Assembly (NCBI GenBank): GCA_964598205.1
Contig: CAZRBB010000004.1
Coordinates: 71,156 to 135,155, forward strand
Origin: an uncultured Candidatus Saccharibacteria bacterium
Lineage (GTDB): Bacteria > Patescibacteriota > Minisyncoccia > CAIUEV01 > JAHKAQ01
Direction of reading: 5' to 3'
DNA length: 64,000 nucleotides
The notes below the pieces were generated by a model that was not told the origin of the DNA, did not search any database, and worked only from the letters and a program-made list of their open reading frames with translations. Positions 59,594 through 64,000 of this stretch are shown here, in pieces. The position numbers were made by a program, and so were the translations under genes. Within the stretch, counting starts at the first letter, position 1, and each line of letters opens with the position of its first letter.

Positions 59594-60355
59594 CTAAAAA
59601 GAAGAAACCCTTTGGCTGTAGATTTTTAAGTGTTCCAGCTGTTGGGGGGTGAGTTTCTTAGCAGCATCTAGTGCTTCTTTCATATTGTCTGCCGAAAAAC
59701 TCTTTACTTCTCCTGCATTTAAGTGGCGGTTATAGCCCATTTTTTTAGCCAGGTAATCTTCCATGTAAACCCGATGTTCGTTGGTGATTTCCGAATCTTG
59801 ATTGGTTTCTATGTATTGCTTAACTGCAGAACGAGATATAGTCGTTAGACTGTCTCCTTTTCCTGCGGTAACTTCGTAGCCATCTTGATTTTGGGAAACA
59901 ACGGTTTCGGAATTTTTTTCTGTTTCAGCTGCCGCTGGTTCTGGCTCTGGTTCTTCTTTCTTCTCTTGAGTAACTGCTTGTTCTTCGGTTTTCTTTACGG
60001 CTTCTTCCTGGGCTATTTTTTTGGCGTCGTCGATTACTCCAGCCTTATCTTCTGGCTGAGCCTGTTCCTCATTTGTAACCAAGTCTTCTAGCTTTGCTTG
60101 GTCGGTATTTTCCTCTTGATTTTCCTTGAGTCCTTTCTTGGAATAAGAGTAGACAGACACGCCAATAATTAGGACCATAACAATGGATAAAACGATGCGA
60201 ATATTGTCTTGAATCCAATTCTTAGTTTCCGAAAGCCAATCTCCCATTGGTTCGGGAGTATTGCTTTCTTCTTCCATTTTTTTGCACCTCCCTTCCTTTG
60301 TTTCGTTAAGTTCGTTTTTTAAAAAAAACGTTCGACCGCGAGGCAATCGTAACAA
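59594..60355 (-). CDS. Membrane-anchored E/K-rich protein with a C-terminal LysM-like domain
   Basis: TM near the N-terminus. Acidic coiled region. C-terminal YEVTAGKGDSLTTISRS (LysM-like). Confidence 0.4.
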   Translation of the reverse strand: MLRLPRGRTFFLKNELNETKEGRCKKMEEESNTPEPMGDWLSETKNWIQDNIRIVLSIVMVLIIGVSVYSYSKKGLKENQEENTDQAKLEDLVTNEEQAQPEDKAGVIDDAKKIAQEEAVKKTEEQAVTQEKKEEPEPEPAAAETEKNSETVVSQNQDGYEVTAGKGDSLTTISRSAVKQYIETNQDSEITNEHRVYMEDYLAKKMGYNRHLNAGEVKSFSADNMKEALDAAKKLTPQQLEHLKIYSQRVSSF

Positions 60356-60395
60356 CGGAAAAAAAGAGTGTCAAGCTAGTTTCTGGCGATGTTTG

Positions 60396-61307
60396 CTAAT
60401 TCTTTAGAATAAAGAATCTTTTTTTTCTGCTTAAATCCTTGGAAAATTCTCTTTTAAAGGCAGGGAAAAGCAAAGAAGTCGTTTTGATTATTCGGGATTC
60501 TAGAGAAGGATCAATTTCGGCAAAAATTTTTACCAAGAGAGACGGATTTTTTTTGGTTATTTCCTTGACTTGGAACAGGGTTTTTTTGATTAAGAAAAAT
60601 CCTTTTTCTTTGATAAATAGTGCGTGGCGCGGTTCTTTTTTTACTTCTGGTGCGGTTTTTAGGTATTGAGAATAAGAAAGATAGGGAAGATTGGCAATGA
60701 TTATTAAATGGCTTTTAGGTGGCCATTTTTTATTAGAGAGAGCACTAAGCAGATTGCTTTTTTGGAAATTGATTTTTTTTTCTAATTTGAATTTTTGGGC
60801 ATTTTCTTTGGCAAGCAGTAGTGCTTTTGGGGAAATATCTAAAGCCAGAAACTGAATATTTTTTTTATTCTTTAATTCGTTAACTAAAGAAAGGACAATA
60901 CAGCCACTGCCTGTTCCTAAGTCAACTATAAGGTGGGGGTTTTTCTTTTTTAGGGAAAGCTTAATTTCCGTTAAGGCTAAATCTACCAAGGTTTCTGTTT
61001 CCGGTCGGGGAATAAGCGCTTGAGGGGTGGTTTTAAATTCTTTTCCATAGAATTCTTTTTTGCCAATTAAATAAGCAATAGGAACTCTTTTCTTTCTTTT
61101 GGAGACTAATTTGGTTATCTTCTCTTCTGATTTTTTGGTGACTGGGCTTTCTGGATGGGCATAAAGCCATTCCTTTGTTTTTCTCAAAACAAAACCAACT
61201 AAAATAAAAGCTTCCAAGGAAGCGGTGGGAGAAATTGATTTTAGAATATTGCGAGAGTCTTCTATGATTTTTTCTACCGTTGATTCGCCAATGGTTTCCT
61301 GCTTCAT
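60396..61307 (-). CDS. prmC: Release-factor glutamine N5-methyltransferase (HemK/PrmC)
   Basis: SAM motif VDLGTGSGCI. NPPY-like IANLPY. Immediately downstream of prfA. Confidence 0.8.
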   Translation of the reverse strand: MKQETIGESTVEKIIEDSRNILKSISPTASLEAFILVGFVLRKTKEWLYAHPESPVTKKSEEKITKLVSKRKKRVPIAYLIGKKEFYGKEFKTTPQALIPRPETETLVDLALTEIKLSLKKKNPHLIVDLGTGSGCIVLSLVNELKNKKNIQFLALDISPKALLLAKENAQKFKLEKKINFQKSNLLSALSNKKWPPKSHLIIIANLPYLSYSQYLKTAPEVKKEPRHALFIKEKGFFLIKKTLFQVKEITKKNPSLLVKIFAEIDPSLESRIIKTTSLLFPAFKREFSKDLSRKKRFFILKN

Positions 61308-62383
61308 TCCGCTTGCTTTTTTAGGAATAGTTCTGTTTCAACTTGTTTTAAGTCTTTAAGAATTGATTCTATTTCTCCCTCCATTATTTTTTCTATTCCG
61401 TGCCAGCTTTTTTTTATTCGATGGTCGGTGACTCTATCTTGGGGAAAGTTATAAGTGCGAATTTTTTCACTGCGATCACCAGTCCCAATCTGAGAGCTTC
61501 TTATGTGAGCCATCTTTGATTGATCATCTTCTTTCTTCTTTTGTAAGAGACGAGATCTTAAAATAGTAAAGGCCTTGGCCTTGTTTTTGTGTTGAGATTT
61601 TTCATCTTGGCAGGTGACTACTACTCCGGTGGGAAGGTGTGTTAAACGAATGGCTGAATCGGTGGTATTAACGCTCTGTCCTCCTGGTCCTGACGAACGG
61701 TAGGTATCTATCTTTACTTCTTCGTCTTTTATTTCCAGTTCTTTTTCTTCGGCTTGAGGAATAATCGCTACAGTAGAAGTTGAAGTATGAATGCGGCCAC
61801 ATTTTTCTGTTTCTGGAATTCGCTGGACTCGATGGACTCCTGATTCATGTTTAAGCTGGCCATAAATCCAAGCTCCATTGATTTCGGCAATCAATTCTTT
61901 AATTCCTCCAAGATCGTTATTGTTAACATGAAGAATTTTTACGGTAAAATTTTGCCTTTCGGCGTAGCGGGAATACATTCTAAAAAGTTCTTTGGCAAAG
62001 ATTCCCGCTTCGTCTCCACCAGCGCCGGCTCTGATTTCTAAAAGAATATTTTTAGCGTCGTCTTCGTCTCTAGGGATAGTCAAATATAAAAAGCGTTGTT
62101 TTTGTTTTTTTATCTTTTGATTTAACTGGTTTCTTTCTTCTTCGATCATGGCCATCATAACCAATTTTTCTTCCTCGGATAACTCCTGTTCCATTCGCTC
62201 GTTTTCTAGGAGTGCTTTTTGAGAGGTCTCTATTGCTTCGATTAAATTTTTTATCTCCTCTAATTCTCTGTGTCTTTGGCTTAATTCCTTGATTACCTTA
62301 AAATCCCCCGTTATTTGGGGGTCGGCTAGCTTCTGGGTTACGAGAGCGTATTCTTCTAGGTATTTTTTGTGAATTTCTGACAT
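61304..62383 (-). CDS. prfA: Peptide chain release factor 1
   Basis: GGQ motif SSGPGGQSVNTTDSAIRLTHLPTGVV. RF1-type tripeptide region. Confidence 0.9.
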   Translation of the reverse strand: MSEIHKKYLEEYALVTQKLADPQITGDFKVIKELSQRHRELEEIKNLIEAIETSQKALLENERMEQELSEEEKLVMMAMIEEERNQLNQKIKKQKQRFLYLTIPRDEDDAKNILLEIRAGAGGDEAGIFAKELFRMYSRYAERQNFTVKILHVNNNDLGGIKELIAEINGAWIYGQLKHESGVHRVQRIPETEKCGRIHTSTSTVAIIPQAEEKELEIKDEEVKIDTYRSSGPGGQSVNTTDSAIRLTHLPTGVVVTCQDEKSQHKNKAKAFTILRSRLLQKKKEDDQSKMAHIRSSQIGTGDRSEKIRTYNFPQDRVTDHRIKKSWHGIEKIMEGEIESILKDLKQVETELFLKKQAE

Positions 62384-62395
62384 AAGCCTGATTGT

Positions 62396-62683
62396 TTAGG
62401 CTTTTGATTTTAGAGCGCTTTTAATTTCTGCTGGAGATTGAGATTTTTCGGGAGAAGCGGTTTTTGTGGTTTGTTTTAAACCTTCTGATTTCTTGAATCG
62501 TTTTAAGAAGCGATCTACGCGACCGGTGGCGTCTACAATTTTCTTTTTCCCAGTGTAGAAAGGATGACAACCACTGCAAATATCTACTTTTATTTCCGGA
62601 GTAGTAGCTTGAGTTTCTACAACATTACCACAAGCACAACGAATAACTGCTTGACCGTAAGAAGGATGAATATTCTTTTTCAT
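62396..62683 (-). CDS. rpmE: 50S ribosomal protein L31 (Zn-binding type) with a C-terminal extension
   Basis: [20 protein letters not shown]...[11 protein letters not shown]. Confidence 0.85.
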   Translation of the reverse strand: MKKNIHPSYGQAVIRCACGNVVETQATTPEIKVDICSGCHPFYTGKKKIVDATGRVDRFLKRFKKSEGLKQTTKTASPEKSQSPAEIKSALKSKA

Positions 62684-62780
62684 GTTAAATAAATAATTAA
62701 AAACACGGAGAAACCGTTTATTGAAAGTAAATTCTCATATTTAGGACCGTTAGTCAATGAAGAAATTCAGAAATCTATTT

Positions 62781-64000
62781 CTAGAATCCTAATGCCTTTT
62801 TAAAATCATCCTCTATTTTTTTTCTAAGCAGTGCCTTCATTCTTTCAATGGCTGGCTTGTTTTGATTTTTGGGATCGTTAGGATTTATTGGAGCGTTCGG
62901 ATCAGTACCTCTTTCTGCCCGACAACTGGCGTTAGTACCGCTATTAGCTCCTATGCAGTTCCAGGAAACAGAACTGTCTTTGGAGGGAAAAATAGGATTA
63001 GTGGGATCAGCAGTGCCGGCGGAACAGAAAGAATAACTACCCCAAGAAGTTTCTGTGTAGGCAAAGATTCTATTGGCGGTACCACACTGACCATTTACTT
63101 TAGCGGTACCAGGATCGGCATCTCTCTTGGCTTGGCAACTATCATTACTACCACCACTGGTTCCTTTACAAGTCCAGCTAGTGGTCTTGCCTTGATTAGG
63201 GAAGACGGGATTGAGAGGATCGGCGGTACCAGCAGAACAGAACGAATAATTCCCCCAGATAGTTTCGGTGTAGGCAAAGGTACGGTCAGCGGTACCGCAT
63301 TTGCCATTTATTTTAGTGGTATTTGGATCAGCATCTTTTTCTGCCTGACAACTGGCATTACTACCACCACTAATTCCCTTGCAAGTCCATTTTGTTTTAC
63401 TGCCAGTAGCGGGGAAAATTGGACTGGTGGGATCGGCGGTACCAGCAGAACAGAACGAATAACTACCCCAACTAGTTTCGGTGTAGGCAAAGGTACGGTC
63501 AGCGGTACCGCATTTGCCATTTATTTTAGTGGTATTTGGATCAGCATCTCTTTCTGCTTTGCAACTATCATTATTACCACCATTACTTCCCTTGCAAGTC
63601 CAGGTAATTTCTCCGCTGGGAGGGGGAAAGGCAGGACTGGTGGGATCGGCGGTACCAGCAGAACAGAACGAATAATTCCCCCAGGTGGTTTCATTGTAGT
63701 CAAAAGAACGGTCGGCGGTACCACAATGGCCATTTATTTTAGGAGTGTTTGGATCAGTACCTCTCTCTGCTTGACAACTATCATTGCTACCACCATTAGA
63801 TCCCTTACAAGTCCAGGAGGTTTTACTGCCAGTAGCGGGGAAAATTGGACTGGTGGGATCGGCGGTACCAGCAGAACAGAACGAATAACTACCCCAACTA
63901 GTTTCGGTGTAGGCAAAGGTACGATTAGCCGTGCCACACTGACCATTTACTTTAGTGGTACCAGGATCGGCGTCTCTCTTGGCTTGGCAACTAGCATTAC
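62781..64000 (-). CDS. Partial (5' end beyond the window) Cys-rich tandem-repeat secreted protein; at least 5 modules of 71 aa with 4 Cys each
   Basis: Hand translation of the minus strand in the frame lacking stops: ...ADRTFAYTETSWGSYSFCSAGTADPTSPIFPATGSKTKWTCKGISGGSNASCQAEKDADPNTTKINGKCGT... repeated. C-terminal tail KPAIERMKALLRKKIEDDFKKALGF, stop at 62781-62783. Not in the ORF track because its start lies outside the window. Confidence 0.7.
   Translation of the reverse strand, partial: NASCQAKRDADPGTTKVNGQCGTANRTFAYTETSWGSYSFCSAGTADPTSPIFPATGSKTSWTCKGSNGGSNDSCQAERGTDPNTPKINGHCGTADRSFDYNETTWGNYSFCSAGTADPTSPAFPPPSGEITWTCKGSNGGNNDSCKAERDADPNTTKINGKCGTADRTFAYTETSWGSYSFCSAGTADPTSPIFPATGSKTKWTCKGISGGSNASCQAEKDADPNTTKINGKCGTADRTFAYTETIWGNYSFCSAGTADPLNPVFPNQGKTTSWTCKGTSGGSNDSCQAKRDADPGTAKVNGQCGTANRIFAYTETSWGSYSFCSAGTADPTNPIFPSKDSSVSWNCIGANSGTNASCRAERGTDPNAPINPNDPKNQNKPAIERMKALLRKKIEDDFKKALGF
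62880..64000. repeat. Tandem 213-bp DNA repeats (period of the Cys-rich protein modules)
   Basis: Four spurious 70-aa ORFs with exact 213-nt spacing in the ORF track (63095, 63308, 63521, 63734). Units are roughly 85-90% identical. Confidence 0.85.

Noticed and set aside
63095-63946. Four tandem 70-aa minus-strand ORFs (MANAVPLTVPLPTPKL...) at exact 213-nt spacing
   Set aside because: Each is closed by a stop created by the repeat period. A different minus-strand frame is stop-free across the whole region and encodes a coherent Cys-rich modular protein. The four ORFs are frame artefacts of the tandem repeat.

Overview
This window is AT-rich (low-GC) bacterial DNA. Its gene content looks like a small-genome, Patescibacteria/CPR-like organism; that placement is inference from an str/S10/spc ribosomal cluster that lacks rpmD and stops after rplO, Lys-rich extensions on several ribosomal proteins, and a giant surface protein. 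Ordinary content: an RND efflux pair, ndk, rpsL-rpsG-fusA-tuf and 20 ribosomal-protein genes, secreted hydrolases, GT-C membrane glycosyltransferases, an M16 peptidase, TatD, tRNA-Leu(UAG), a UvrD-nuclease fusion, xseAB, prmC-prfA and rpmE. The central feature is a 3518-aa tail-fibre-like protein (7608-18164) built from about 24 modules, each headed by a nucleotide-identical 23-mer encoding GNVGIGTT. It ends in the N-terminal half of an intein (Cys1 CLTGDTLI, block B TGNHPYL). About 2.6 kb downstream, a separate gene begins with the C-terminal intein half (VYDIEVDGTHNFIAGN...FAHN followed by Thr) and resumes the same GNVGIGTT repeat. That C-extein then carries a peptidase-S74 intramolecular chaperone domain and a coiled coil. 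Between the halves lie a zinc-ribbon plus PD-(D/E)xK (RecB/Cas4-like) nuclease ORF, an AbiEii toxin remnant and a four-helix-bundle protein gene. This is a fractured-gene / split-intein arrangement, so the complete fibre needs protein trans-splicing. Other notable items: a roughly 140-bp hairpin (MITE-like) repeat in three copies, each sitting inside a copy-specific perfect palindrome, one copy carrying a nested second palindromic element whose 18-nt core recurs in a terminator hairpin at 38.1 kb; a dispersed AT-rich intergenic motif; an archaeal-type RibL-RibK fusion; and a partial minus-strand gene at the 3' end encoding 71-aa Cys-rich tandem repeats, which the ORF track shows only as four spurious 70-aa ORFs.
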